64,000 nt of DNA from Andalucia godoyi And28. Lineage: Eukaryota > Protista > Jakobida. The stretch is taken from the NCBI GenBank assembly GCA_009859145.1, contig VRVR01000024.1, positions 118,896-182,895 of the forward strand, written 5' to 3'. Positions 10,649 to 20,932 of this stretch are shown here, piece by piece (the stretch's first letter is position 1; each line of letters starts with the position of its first letter). The notes below the pieces were generated by a model. That model was not told where the DNA came from. It did not search any database and saw only the letters and a list, made by a program, of their open reading frames with translations. The position numbers and the translations under genes were made by a program.

Positions 10649-11842
10649 ATGTCACGATCCTTTGTGCAAAAGGATTCTAATGGGTATCGAATATCGTATG
10701 CTTTTCGAGAGCTGACATCCGTTCCAGTTCATTCGGATTCTCGCATTCTCCACATGGTTTATGCTGCGGATTTTTCACACAACAATATTTCGCAAGTTCA
10801 AAATCTGTCCGTGTACACTTCCTTGCGAGAGCTTGTGTTGGATTCAAACAAATTGACGCATTTTGTCGAACTCCCGTTTATGCCATATTTGGAGCTTTTA
10901 TGGGCAAATGATAACTTGATATCAAACCTCACGGCGTTTATTGATCGGATTTCAAAATCAGCACCATCACTCAAGTTCTTCAGCATGATGAAAAACGAGG
11001 CATGTCCAAACTATTTTGTGGAGAACGGCAGTCCGCAACTGTACCGAGAATTCCGCCTGTTTGTGATTGCACGACTGCCTGGCCTTCTGATGCTGGACGA
11101 CACTGAGATAGCCGATGATGAAAGACGGGAAGCTGTGGCAAGTAAGAACAGAGTTTTTCAGTTGGTTGATGCAGACGCAGAAAGACGAAGACAGGAATCA
11201 ATTAGAACCGAGAAGGACAAAGCGACCAAAGTCCCGCCGACTCCAGTCGTTCCGCGATCGACTGCAGTGCCAACTCTTGCACCGCAGCCTCCACGGAATC
11301 CAAGAATCGCAACCAACATCGACGATGATGGATGGGATAGCGAAAGCTCTGGTTCGAGCTGGGGTTCCAGTTCGGATGAGGATCACAAGCCACTGACTGC
11401 GAAACAACAACAACGGCGAAGAGCTCCACAGCGGAAACCGAGAAGCATCACAGAAGAGGTGCCGCCACTCGATCTCGAGTTGCCTACACCAACACCGCAA
11501 GACTCCGAGTCGAGTTTTAGCAGTGAGAATGGGCAGCAGCAACAGCAACAGCATCAGCAAGAGCCAGAAAATGCAAAGACCGATGGGTTGTCGGATGCAT
11601 CATTTGGAATTTCGCTGCCAGACTTTGATCCAGAGGCGCCCATCGAGTGGCAGCTATCCAGTGGTGTGCAGATCGCAGCAGGAGACGATGGAGATGACTG
11701 GACGGATTCTGAGGATGAAAGCGGAAACAAGAAGAGACGCAGGCGACCAAAGAAGGCCGATCCACTTGTGGAAGAACTCAAACGGAAACTCACAAGTAAG
11801 GGCAAATCCAAAGAGAGGGCGAACCCGGAGAATTCGACGTGA
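10649..11842 (+). CDS. LRMDA/C10orf11-like leucine-rich repeat protein with an acidic low-complexity tail
   Basis: LRRs (DFSHNNI, LVLDSNKL, LWANDNLI), cap MMKNEACPNYF...YREFRLFVIARLPGLLMLD, then D/E/S-rich and basic segments. Confidence 0.7.
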   Translation: MSRSFVQKDSNGYRISYAFRELTSVPVHSDSRILHMVYAADFSHNNISQVQNLSVYTSLRELVLDSNKLTHFVELPFMPYLELLWANDNLISNLTAFIDRISKSAPSLKFFSMMKNEACPNYFVENGSPQLYREFRLFVIARLPGLLMLDDTEIADDERREAVASKNRVFQLVDADAERRRQESIRTEKDKATKVPPTPVVPRSTAVPTLAPQPPRNPRIATNIDDDGWDSESSGSSWGSSSDEDHKPLTAKQQQRRRAPQRKPRSITEEVPPLDLELPTPTPQDSESSFSSENGQQQQQQHQQEPENAKTDGLSDASFGISLPDFDPEAPIEWQLSSGVQIAAGDDGDDWTDSEDESGNKKRRRRPKKADPLVEELKRKLTSKGKSKERANPENST

Positions 11843-11918
11843 ACTCTTGCTGCGGATTGCAGATTGCAGGTTGCGGACGCGACACGTTTTTTGGCAGTGG
11901 AGCACACGAGGGGGCTTT

Positions 11919-13250
11919 TCAAGTGGTCCATTTTGCTACGTCGCGCTCGTATGCGGCTAGCGCGCTCTCTTTGACCTTGTCAAACGCCTCCCGTGCCATC
12001 CACGTACTTTGAGTCTGCACTCGATTGCACTGATCTCCTAACCACCGGATGAGATACTCCGAGTCATCGTAGAACGCATGCCCCTTTCCGTTGAATAGCA
12101 TGCAGTTGTACAGCATAACGATGACATCGGCGAGAAACATGTAGAAGGAACGGTAGTAGTCTCCGGATTTCAGACGGTTTCTTATAATATTCAAATCCAT
12201 TGGCAGTCGAATCTTTTCTCCATACCCCTCGTAGAGCTGGATAATCTCATCCACGGACTGATGGAAGGGAAAAGCCTTGTCATGCTGGACCAGTGCATCA
12301 AAAATGCGTTGCAGGTAAAAATGCAGCTGGACCCTACGCTCCAAGATAGTTTCCTTGTCCCCCGATCCTTCAATTGAAGAAGAAAAGCGAGCAGAGACAA
12401 TGCGCTTCTTGGACGCTTCCGAAAGGCCAGGAATCTCAGCGGCTACCGCAACCCTTCTCGAATCACCAAATGTCTTTGACGGAGCCGTCATCTTTGGCCA
12501 GACATTCAGCAAGTACTGGCGCTGCAGATGAACAATGTCTGTAATCGCACGATAGTCAATCCCCTCGCGAATTACGCATTCCATGAGTGTTGCTTTCACA
12601 TAATCTTTAATTCGTCCCTTCCACACATCATGGGCCAGCGTGATTTGCTTTGTGAATCCAAGGCGCGAAAAGAAACCAATTGCAGTGTCGTCGGCATATG
12701 TCAAGAACCGTGTAACCCGCGGATTTAGCGAATGCAAGCACTCGTGCTTCAGCCGGTTCATCATGCGAGCACCAACACCTTTGAGATTCTTCGTCTTGTC
12801 AAATCCACGATACACGACGCAAAACACAATCTCTCCAAAATTGCATTCTGGCGTGTAAAACGGACGGAACGTGATCCCACCAATGACAATGTCGCGGAAT
12901 TTTGCAACAATGGTCAAATGTCGCGGATCATACAGAATCCGCAGAATATATCCGGCACCCATTTCCGGGAGCTGTTTGTTAATCGCATGCTTCAGAGCAA
13001 ATAAAATGAAGTTCGATCTATGCGATCCGTCGTTCCGAACCATTTCAAACTGCAATTCTCCAGACTCTTCTAATTGCGCACCGGCTTCATCGAAATGCGG
13101 CTCTTCATAACAAGCTTCTTTGGTCGTGAGTTTTCGAACTTCCGCAACGTTCACGAGTCCCGCAGAATCTGCCCGCAGCTTCTCAACCACTGTTGTGTCG
13201 ACTACAACCTTGCCAGTTTTCTGTCGTTTGGCCGGCGGAGCTGCATACAT
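11919..13250 (-). CDS. GCN5: GCN5-like histone acetyltransferase with bromodomain
   Basis: GNAT motifs KQLPEMGAGYILRILYD, FGEIVFC (catalytic Glu), TYADDTAIGFFSRLGF and WKGRIKDY; C-terminal bromodomain AFPF...PMDL...NCMLFN. Start placed at MYAAPPAKRQK (NLS-like). Confidence 0.9.
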   Translation of the reverse strand: MYAAPPAKRQKTGKVVVDTTVVEKLRADSAGLVNVAEVRKLTTKEACYEEPHFDEAGAQLEESGELQFEMVRNDGSHRSNFILFALKHAINKQLPEMGAGYILRILYDPRHLTIVAKFRDIVIGGITFRPFYTPECNFGEIVFCVVYRGFDKTKNLKGVGARMMNRLKHECLHSLNPRVTRFLTYADDTAIGFFSRLGFTKQITLAHDVWKGRIKDYVKATLMECVIREGIDYRAITDIVHLQRQYLLNVWPKMTAPSKTFGDSRRVAVAAEIPGLSEASKKRIVSARFSSSIEGSGDKETILERRVQLHFYLQRIFDALVQHDKAFPFHQSVDEIIQLYEGYGEKIRLPMDLNIIRNRLKSGDYYRSFYMFLADVIVMLYNCMLFNGKGHAFYDDSEYLIRWLGDQCNRVQTQSTWMAREAFDKVKESALAAYERDVAKWTT

Positions 13251-14703
13251 TAACAGAAACGTTCCAAAAAAATACGAAAAGAAAAAGGGAGACGAGGAAA
13301 CAGGAGTTGAAGAAACAATCGGCAAAAATAGAAAATGGTAAGCAATCAGCAGGTCAGACGTGCACAACCTTGGACGGCAGAAAAATCAAAACAGAAAAAC
13401 ACACGTACGATTTGACATTCACGGAGTCTCAAAACCCTGGAAATCGGTTCACACGCCTTCGGTAATGCAATGTCGGTAGACTGCCGTCTTCGTAGGCAAA
13501 TTAATAAAAAGTGCAGATTGCAGAAGCGTTCTCTTTTGGCTGCAGACGACGAAAAACCCTGGTCCCAGAAAAACCCTGCCAAACAGGTTTCTACAGCTGG
13601 TCGTAGGATTTACAACCGTTGCTGCTCGTTTTGCGAAGTTGACGTCATCCATCGTCCGCCGTTGGAGCATGGCCGTAACTATGAAGCGTTGATACGTCAT
13701 TTTGTTTTCGCCTGTGCCAATTTTGAAGGAAGTACCGGGACGTCAGAGGGCGAGGGCATTGAAAATGCAAAAGTGAAAAATTAAAAAAATAATTTACATT
13801 CTTTTTTTTCTTCCATTGGAAGAGATGGATGAGTAGTCGGCTGGCTCATATGAAATCTGTACATGTCATTACTGTTGTGGCCGATCACATATCGAGGAAA
13901 GCTCGAAATGGTTGTTTTGAAAACAACAATCGTCATAATCAACTGCTGAAATGGAACAACAACAACAAAGACAGCGACAACAAACCAAATGTGTATCCTT
14001 ATTGTTGTCGAGGGCTGACTGTGCATTCATTAAACTGATGTACTAATCTGCCGAAGCGTCTGTTTCGAATGCCTGTAGAAAAGAAGAACACGCTTCGGTC
14101 CATGATTGCCGAGTTTCTTCTTCGATGACCAGGAACTCCTCCGCCTGCCCCAAGCTCATTTGCTTCGGGTCGAAGATGATCAGCAGTCGCAGGATCTTGA
14201 ACTGTTGTTACTTGATGCATTTTTTCTTCTCTTGGGTTCTTCTAGGAGACTGTCGATGTTCTCTATCTCAGAAGAGAATACTGGAAAGAATATGGAAAAA
14301 AAACAACAACAGAAAAACAAAAACAAAAAACACTAAAACTAAAACTTGCTCTTTGTGCTTTCTTTAAATATGAACTTGGGAAAATCTAAAGAAAGTGTGT
14401 AAAAAGAAAAGAATCGAAAATGAACGAAGCACGGCCAGCTTTGGCGGCGTGTTAAAAACGGTCGAGCTTGACGTCCTTTTCTCTTCGTGTGGACGAGTAG
14501 AAGTGCAGATTCACTTCAACCGACGTGCTTCCCGCCGGCGGGGAATTCCACCGAGAGTCCAACTTTTCCGCTGTAGATAGACAGAGGATGTGGAAAAGGT
14601 GAGGAGATCCCTACGACAGGAGCAAGCATGACCAGCCTTGGTCGTCTCCGTCATTGGACAGAATAAGCCAATGAAAAAAGAATGCATGCATGTGCTATGT
14701 GAG

Positions 14704-15183
14704 TCAGTAATGTAGAGAGTGGACACCGGCATAAACAACGAGGACGCAGAAGACCAGGACAATCACTGCGAATGCCGATCCAATGATGCAACCTTCCGTT
14801 CTCATGGATCTCTGCATTGCTAGAGCATCCTCATAAGTAAAAGTATCTTCATCGTCGTGCAAAAAGCGTACTTGCGGGTTTGAAGTCGGCACTTCACGAG
14901 ACGACGATCCATCCACATGGACAACGGACGAAACCTCGGAGTATTTGTCATTACTTGCATCGGCATGTGAACCTTGTGCGGCGCTACCGGAACCGGACGA
15001 CAACATGGACGCAGAAGACGTCGACGTCGACGTTGTTTCTCCTGTTCGTCTCGTTGTTGCGCCAGCTGTTGGTGATGACGGTGACGAGACGGACTGGTAC
15101 TTTTGCACGGGACCCATCTCATGGTCATGGATATGCCGAAGGCTGCGATCTAGCGGTGGACTTGATGATGTTGACTGGTACAT
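14704..15183 (-). CDS. Hypothetical Ser/Thr-rich protein with a C-terminal transmembrane helix
   Basis: ORF MYQSTSS... ends in hydrophobic IIGSAFAVIVLVFCVLVVYAGV. No family recognised; a further spliced 3' exon near 14454-14571 cannot be excluded. Confidence 0.5.
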   Translation of the reverse strand: MYQSTSSSPPLDRSLRHIHDHEMGPVQKYQSVSSPSSPTAGATTRRTGETTSTSTSSASMLSSGSGSAAQGSHADASNDKYSEVSSVVHVDGSSSREVPTSNPQVRFLHDDEDTFTYEDALAMQRSMRTEGCIIGSAFAVIVLVFCVLVVYAGVHSLHY

Positions 15184-15709
15184 GACATTCAAAAACAAAA
15201 CAAAACAAAACACAAACAACAAAAGAGAAAGCGTCTGGATACGGAAGAAACAGGAATGAATCGTGAGAGAGAGCGCACGCGTGAGAGTGGAGAGAGACGG
15301 AAGATGTCAAGCAAATCGCATGAATGGCAGAATGACAATTCTTCACGTCCGTGTCTTTTTAACGGAGCAAGCAAAGCAAAAAACAACGACAAAAAAAAAA
15401 CAAGCAAAAACTGACGCCCACTACGAGTTCTGCAAATGATGAAAGCAGCCAGCGGACGGTATGAATCTCCTGATCCCTAGATCTCTAGATGTTTGGATTT
15501 CTGGAACAGAATCCAAAAAGGAATGCTTGAGGAATTCAGCTTTGCGAATTGACCAAGAGCCTCGAATCTCGATTGTCGAACACAAGCGGTGGAAACTTAG
15601 GGAAGTCTGTGTGAGAAGCGAAGCAATCGACAGCCGTCGACACTATATAATTGTACAGACTGTGGAGCCTGTTCCGCATGGCGTGTGCTTCATGTTTCGT
15701 TCTGCCTCT

Positions 15710-15724
15710 TCGTCGTCGTCGTCG

Positions 15725-15768
<44 letters not shown>
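15710..15768 (+). repeat. (TCG)n(TCA)n trinucleotide microsatellite
   Basis: Directly visible tandem repeat about 70 nt upstream of the NifS-SelD start. Confidence 0.95.
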
Positions 15769-15836
15769 TTGTCTTTTCTTTTTCTTTTTCATTCTTGTTT
15801 CCACAGTTGGGTTGTTGACTGGACTCGATTGAAGGG

Positions 15837-18125
15837 ATGGGATCTGAATTTGTGTATCTTGATTACAATGCAACGACTCCGATTGACGAGCTTGTAGGCC
15901 GCGCGATGCAGCCTTTTTTGTTTGGGCATTTCGGGAATCCGTCATCTTCGCATGTTCTTGGCGCGGAGACAAAGGCCGCTGTTGAACATGCCCGAAAGCA
16001 AGTCGCAGAGATGATTGGGTGTTTTCCAGATGAAATTGTATTCGTTTCTTGCGGATCAGAAGCAAATAATCTTGCCATTACAGGCATTTTTCATGGAATT
16101 CGGTCGACGGACAAGTCGAAAAATCACATCATCACGAGTGCGGTGGAGCATCCCGCCGTCTTGGAGGTGTGCAAGTACTTGGAGGAATATGAAGGTTTGA
16201 AAGTCACGATTCTTCCTGTCGATGAGTTCGGCATGGTGAATCCCAATGACGTGAGGAGCGCAATACGCCCCGGTGCGACATTTTTGATCTCCATTATGCA
16301 TTCTAACAATGAAGTGGGAACGCGACAGCCAATTGCGGAAATTTCAAGAATTGCAAGAGATTCCGGTGTTTTGATGCATACCGACGCGGCGCAGTCGATC
16401 GGAAAAGAACAGGTGGATGTTCGGGAACTTGGAGTGGATCTGTTGACTGTTGTCGGACACAAGTTTTATGCTCCAAAGGGAGTCGGGGCGTTGTACATCC
16501 GCCGCGGAGTTGACAAGCTTATGCACAAGGTCATGCACGGTGCAGGACACGAAAAGAATCGCAGAGCCGGTACCGAGAATGTGATTCATGTAGTGGGAAT
16601 TGGAAAGGCTGCGGAACTCGTTGTGTTACACGTTAATCGGGATCGAGCGCACATGACTGAAATGCGGGATTTGCTGCACAAGTTGCTGGTAGATGAGTTG
16701 GGTTTGAAATACGTCAAGCTTAATGGCCACCCAACTCTGAGATTGTCGTCAACACTGAGCATTGCGTTTCGAGGGGTTAACGCTCAGTTGATCATCGCTG
16801 CACTGAAGGACTCAGTTGGAGTCTCTGCAGGCGCAGCGTGCCACTCGGATACGGTTACGATTTCTTCTGTTCTTTTGGCCATGAATGTTTCGCAGTCGGA
16901 CGCAGTCGGAACAATCCGATTTTCCGTGGGTCGGTATACGACTGCCGAAGAAATCCACCTCGCTGCCAATCGAATTGCAGATGTTGTGAAACCGCTGCTG
17001 CCCGACCATGTCGAAGATTCAGATGCGCTCTGCGAGCTCGGTGATGGGGTTTCTGGGTTGGAAATGAAGCTTACATCATCAACTTCTGGTCTTGGTTGCG
17101 GTTGCAAGTTGCGCCCGCAGGCGCTGGAGCGGGCGCTGCGAGGAGTCCAGTTCAAGGTTGACGAAAACGTTTTGGTTGGCATATCGACATCCGACGATGC
17201 GGGTGTGTATCGCATTTCCGATGAGTTGGCGCTTGTCCTGACTGTCGATTTCTTTACGCCTATTGTCGACGATCCGTTTGAATTTGGCGAGATCGCGGCG
17301 GCCAATGCCTTGTCTGATGTCTACGCCATGGGCGGTACGCCAATGTGCGCGTTGTCCATCGTAGGGTTTCCATCGTCACGACTTCCCCTGCAAGCTCTGA
17401 CGAAAATATTACAGGGTGCGCAAAAGGTTGCTGACGAAGCACGATGCATCATTATCGGGGGCCACACGATTGACGACCAGGAACCGAAGTTTGGATTGTC
17501 GGTGACTGGCCGTGTTCATCCGGATCGTATTTGGAGAAACGGGGGCATGCGTGGGGGGGATGTGTTGTTATTGACGAAGCCTCTTGGAGTGGGAATAATT
17601 TCTACGGCAGTGAAAAACGGCCGTGCGTCCTCTGCAATTGCAAAATTGGCTGCGGAGTCCATGAAGTCGTTGAACCGCGACGCGTCGTACAGTGTCCAGG
17701 ATTGGGAGAAAGAGGTCGGTCGGTCTGTTGTGCATGCTTGCACTGACGTCACTGGTTTTGGATTCATTGGTCATTTAATAGAAATGTGCAAGGCGTCGCA
17801 GGATGTATCTGTCAAGATATCTTTCAAGGCGGTTCCGCTGATTGAGGGCGTTGAGGAACTTGCACAACAGGGCTCGATTCCTGGTGGTACGAAGAATAAC
17901 TTGCTGCATGCGGAGTCCGCGTTGTCCTTTGCATCTTCAGTTGCAGATTATCAGAAACTCATTTTGTGTGACGCACAAACTTCCGGCGGACTGCTGTTCG
18001 CGGTTGCTGCAGAGGATGTTGCAAGCCTGATGAAACGGTTTGCATTGAACCGAATTCCAGTTTGGGAAGTTGGATGTGTTGTTCCTCGAGTCCCCGGAGG
18101 TACTCTCATTGCTGTGGATTCATGA
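15837..18125 (+). CDS. Fusion of selenocysteine lyase/NifS-type cysteine desulfurase (N-terminal) and selenophosphate synthetase SelD (C-terminal), Cys form
   Basis: N-half: YLDYNATTP, GNPSS, EHPAV, HTDAAQSIGK, GHKFYAPKG (PLP Lys), SAGAACHSD (persulfide Cys). C-half: GLGCGCKL, DDAGVY, TVDFFTPIVDDP, ANALSDVYAMGG, GGHT, TDVTGFG, DAQTSGGLL. One uninterrupted 762-aa ORF. Confidence 0.95.
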   Translation: MGSEFVYLDYNATTPIDELVGRAMQPFLFGHFGNPSSSHVLGAETKAAVEHARKQVAEMIGCFPDEIVFVSCGSEANNLAITGIFHGIRSTDKSKNHIITSAVEHPAVLEVCKYLEEYEGLKVTILPVDEFGMVNPNDVRSAIRPGATFLISIMHSNNEVGTRQPIAEISRIARDSGVLMHTDAAQSIGKEQVDVRELGVDLLTVVGHKFYAPKGVGALYIRRGVDKLMHKVMHGAGHEKNRRAGTENVIHVVGIGKAAELVVLHVNRDRAHMTEMRDLLHKLLVDELGLKYVKLNGHPTLRLSSTLSIAFRGVNAQLIIAALKDSVGVSAGAACHSDTVTISSVLLAMNVSQSDAVGTIRFSVGRYTTAEEIHLAANRIADVVKPLLPDHVEDSDALCELGDGVSGLEMKLTSSTSGLGCGCKLRPQALERALRGVQFKVDENVLVGISTSDDAGVYRISDELALVLTVDFFTPIVDDPFEFGEIAAANALSDVYAMGGTPMCALSIVGFPSSRLPLQALTKILQGAQKVADEARCIIIGGHTIDDQEPKFGLSVTGRVHPDRIWRNGGMRGGDVLLLTKPLGVGIISTAVKNGRASSAIAKLAAESMKSLNRDASYSVQDWEKEVGRSVVHACTDVTGFGFIGHLIEMCKASQDVSVKISFKAVPLIEGVEELAQQGSIPGGTKNNLLHAESALSFASSVADYQKLILCDAQTSGGLLFAVAAEDVASLMKRFALNRIPVWEVGCVVPRVPGGTLIAVDS

Positions 18126-18299
18126 CACTGTCTCGCCGACATGTGGATGGGTAGAGGTGAGTCGGGAGAGAGCCTTGCAAAGAATCAGCTATTGAGTGTC
18201 TGCACCGTTTCGACTTATTGCGATATGATGAAGCAATCTAAAGCGCACGCAAAACAAACACACTGCCACGCGCCCATGCGCATGCGTCTGTCATCTTAA

Positions 18300-18929
18300 T
18301 CAACTCCGTCACACGATGCCCCGATTCGTTTCGCTCCCATTTTGATCATGAAATCCTTATATAAATACGCCGCCGCGTTGCATTCTCGCACAGCGACGCT
18401 CATTTCTTATATTGTCCATGCAACGCACCATGTACGTCACACCCGCAACGCTGCGCAAGACCCATGACATCTCCACCGCCACCGGAACGATCCGCAGCAT
18501 CCACGCCGGGGTCCCGTCGCATGCACAGCCTCGCACACGTCGAACGCGCAATCACCGCCTGTTTCGTTGCCCGCCACAACGGACAGCGCAGCGCCGAACA
18601 CAGACGCAAAAGAGCCCGCGGCGAGAGCAGCGAAAGTGAAGATGCACCCGTTTGCAGCTGGATATGACCGCTCGATCGCATGATCGAGGTCGGGCCCAAA
18701 GTCGTCGAAGATCGCCCAGGCGACAGCTGCCCATCGTGCACATGCACGATCGACCGCGATTGGAAATGGTGCGCCCAGCATCTATATCTATCTTGAGAAC
18801 GTCCCTCATGCCGAGGGGCGTGTTGGGGGCCTACCCCCTTCCCAATCAATGTCATGCATGTTGTTGGGCTGCAACATTGATTATGGGTGATCAGCGATGA
18901 TTGTCCGTGATTCATGTACAACGTAGGCG
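18300..18929 (+). mobile_element. Non-autonomous TnpB/Fanzor-derived element, copy 3 (diverged)
   Basis: Encodes NTDAKEPAARAAKVKMHP (from 18597; copy 1 reads EDTKAPAARAVRLKMHP) and CPSCTCTIDRDW[+1 nt]NGAPSIY (18728-18785). Then GTGTTGGGGGCCTACCCCC and the end CAACGTAGGCG (18929). Left boundary approximate. Confidence 0.78.
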
Positions 18930-18949
18930 TTCACTTTGTATTATTGTCT
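18800..18949 (+). ncRNA. Putative omega-RNA-like scaffold plus flanking guide at the right end of copy 3
   Basis: Inference from its position downstream of and overlapping the RuvC-III remnant. Hairpins GGGGG-CCTA-CCCCC (18825-18838) and TCAATGT...ACATTGA (18846-18880). No expression evidence. Confidence 0.35.
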
Positions 18950-19052
18950 TTTACATTCTACAACGCCTGCTTTCAAAATGCCAAAAAAAATAAATAAATA
19001 AATAAATAATGTAAAGTCTGCTGTTGTCAATTTCACTGCCCCGACCTGCGCC

Positions 19053-19229
19053 ATGACAACCCCCCTCCCCCAGACTGCAAAAGCGATCTTCAAAACCACT
19101 CCAATTGCATATCTTTTGAAGAATGCCGTCCTGCACGGGACATTCGGGGTGTGGGAGAAACGCAGCTGACAGTACCGACAGGCCATTAGGATGGACGATC
19201 GACAGTTTCTGTTGACTATAACTGCAGAC
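19053..19229 (+). mobile_element. Probable further degenerate relic of the same family, in tandem after copy 3
   Basis: 13-nt identity TGAAGAATGCCGT (19117-19129) with copy 1. Mini-ORF MTTPLPQTAKAIFKTTPIAYLLKNAVLHGTFGVW resembles ARAVRLKMHP plus IYLKNAV..LGAY. End TATAACTGCAGAC resembles TATAATGTAGGC. Confidence 0.4.
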
Positions 19230-19409
19230 ATCCAGTCGAGACACGAGAGAGTCCTCGCGGGACGGGCGATGTGCGCAGTGTTTGCATTTGGCGCACAAAA
19301 GGAGGAAAAAGAAGAAAAATATATATAAAAAGAAACAATTGAAGCAACATTCGCCAGGTGAGCTTGCTATGAAGTTTCGCCGATGGGCACGAACAGCCAT
19401 CTTTGCAGC

Positions 19410-20552
19410 TTACGTTTGCACCGGTCTTCTTCCTCCGAGAGGATTGGTAGACTTCACAGCAGTTGCGATGGTGTTAATACGCCGCACAGAATCCAAGTTC
19501 ACAGCGCCGAACTTCTCTTCGAGTTTCTTAATATCTTTCAGCTTGATATTGATTGCCAAAGCTTCTGTGATCAACCCATCGACATTCAATGACTCCAAGC
19601 TCGGTATTTGAAATATGGTAGCCATCCCGTCCCAATCCATCGTACTCTTGATCCGCTTTCGCAACACGCTGAAGATTGCAAGGGTAAACGAGAACAAGAA
19701 TGGCCGTCCTTTGATCACATACAGATCAAAGAATCGAATCGCAGTGTCCCACGGCAGAACATGAAAGAACAGAGTCAGGAACCACGGCAACACAAACATT
19801 TGGTATGGATCGAAATCAATGGATTTCATGTGACGAGCCGTCGCCTTGTGGGTTTTGTTGAGCAATTCTTCTACAATGCGGACTTCTCGCATCACCATTT
19901 TAAATTCCGGCTCAAAGTACCCAGCCATGTACCGTTCCGACATTAGAAGCTTATGAAACAGCCAGAATGCATCTTCTGTGAGCATTCCGACCTGGATGAA
20001 TGCGGCCCCGATGAAGTTCATCCCTTGGCAGTATCCAGCAGATTCATGAACAACAGCAACAGCTTGTAAGACGTCCGCCAAGTTGTCGAGGCCCTTTCGA
20101 GACTGAAAGAGTGGGAAATGGGGAAGCGTGCGGTGCAAGTCTGCACGGACAGCCACGTCTACTGTGTTGTACTTCGTCAGCACATTTCGCTCATACTCAT
20201 CCAACGCCGCATGAAAAAGCTTTGGACGCAAAGCGCGTTCCTTCATGAAATCCGACGAGAAGCACCACAGCCAACAACGAACTCGCGTGTCCATTGTTGC
20301 AGCATGCTCGATGATCTGCTTCACAAGATGCGGATACTTCTCAAGCCCTTTGTCCCGGATTTCAGTCCATTCCTCTAGAATTTCATACAGGAACTGATTA
20401 TCGTCATACACTGTTCTGGGCTTCCTGTTGAACCAAAATGACGACGAAGATGCCGAAGATTTTGATCGAACCGACTTTAGCGATGATTCATCCGCTGATC
20501 GAGCCATGATATCTCCAACATATTGGCCATGCGGAAGAAATGAAATTGACAT
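19410..20552 (-). CDS. TBC-domain Rab GTPase-activating protein
   Basis: VRADLHRT (arginine finger), GYCQGMNFI (glutamine finger), AFWLF and LPWFLTLF motifs. Start placed at MSISFLPH after poly-G/R low-complexity sequence. Confidence 0.88.
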   Translation of the reverse strand: MSISFLPHGQYVGDIMARSADESSLKSVRSKSSASSSSFWFNRKPRTVYDDNQFLYEILEEWTEIRDKGLEKYPHLVKQIIEHAATMDTRVRCWLWCFSSDFMKERALRPKLFHAALDEYERNVLTKYNTVDVAVRADLHRTLPHFPLFQSRKGLDNLADVLQAVAVVHESAGYCQGMNFIGAAFIQVGMLTEDAFWLFHKLLMSERYMAGYFEPEFKMVMREVRIVEELLNKTHKATARHMKSIDFDPYQMFVLPWFLTLFFHVLPWDTAIRFFDLYVIKGRPFLFSFTLAIFSVLRKRIKSTMDWDGMATIFQIPSLESLNVDGLITEALAINIKLKDIKKLEEKFGAVNLDSVRRINTIATAVKSTNPLGGRRPVQT

Positions 20553-20932
20553 TTCCGATCTTCTTCTTCTTCTTCTTCTTCTTCCTCCTCCTCCTCCTCC
20601 TCCTCCTACCACCGCGCGCCCAATGCCTCGCTGTAAAGAACGTCTATGGATATGAACACACCCAGTATGTATATATTTGCATGTATAAAGACAATCGTAC
20701 AAGAAAAATTAACAACAAATAAGAAACAGTCATCTCAAAGGCTTGATCAAACGAAGTGGCATCGATTGGGATTCGTCCGAAACACTGTTTTTCTGTCGAC
20801 AGCTTTCGACATCAGTGGTGAAGATCGTCCAAAACAAGAAACGATCAGCGCCCACTCAGCGCCTCTTTTTCCAAAGCTTGCCGTTGTTCAAAGGCTTCAA
20901 GGTTCAGGGAGTTTGCGGGACGGAGGGAGACC

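Noticed and set aside
14580-14716. ATGCATGT...TAATGTAG resembling the element right end
   Set aside because: Only short matches, with no GGGGGCCTA hairpin or protein remnant; better explained as UTR or intron of the adjacent gene.
18123-18300. Possible UGA readthrough or SECIS after the SelD fusion
   Set aside because: The SelD domain is complete before the TGA, its active site is Cys, and no clear AUGA...AA...GA SECIS fold was seen.
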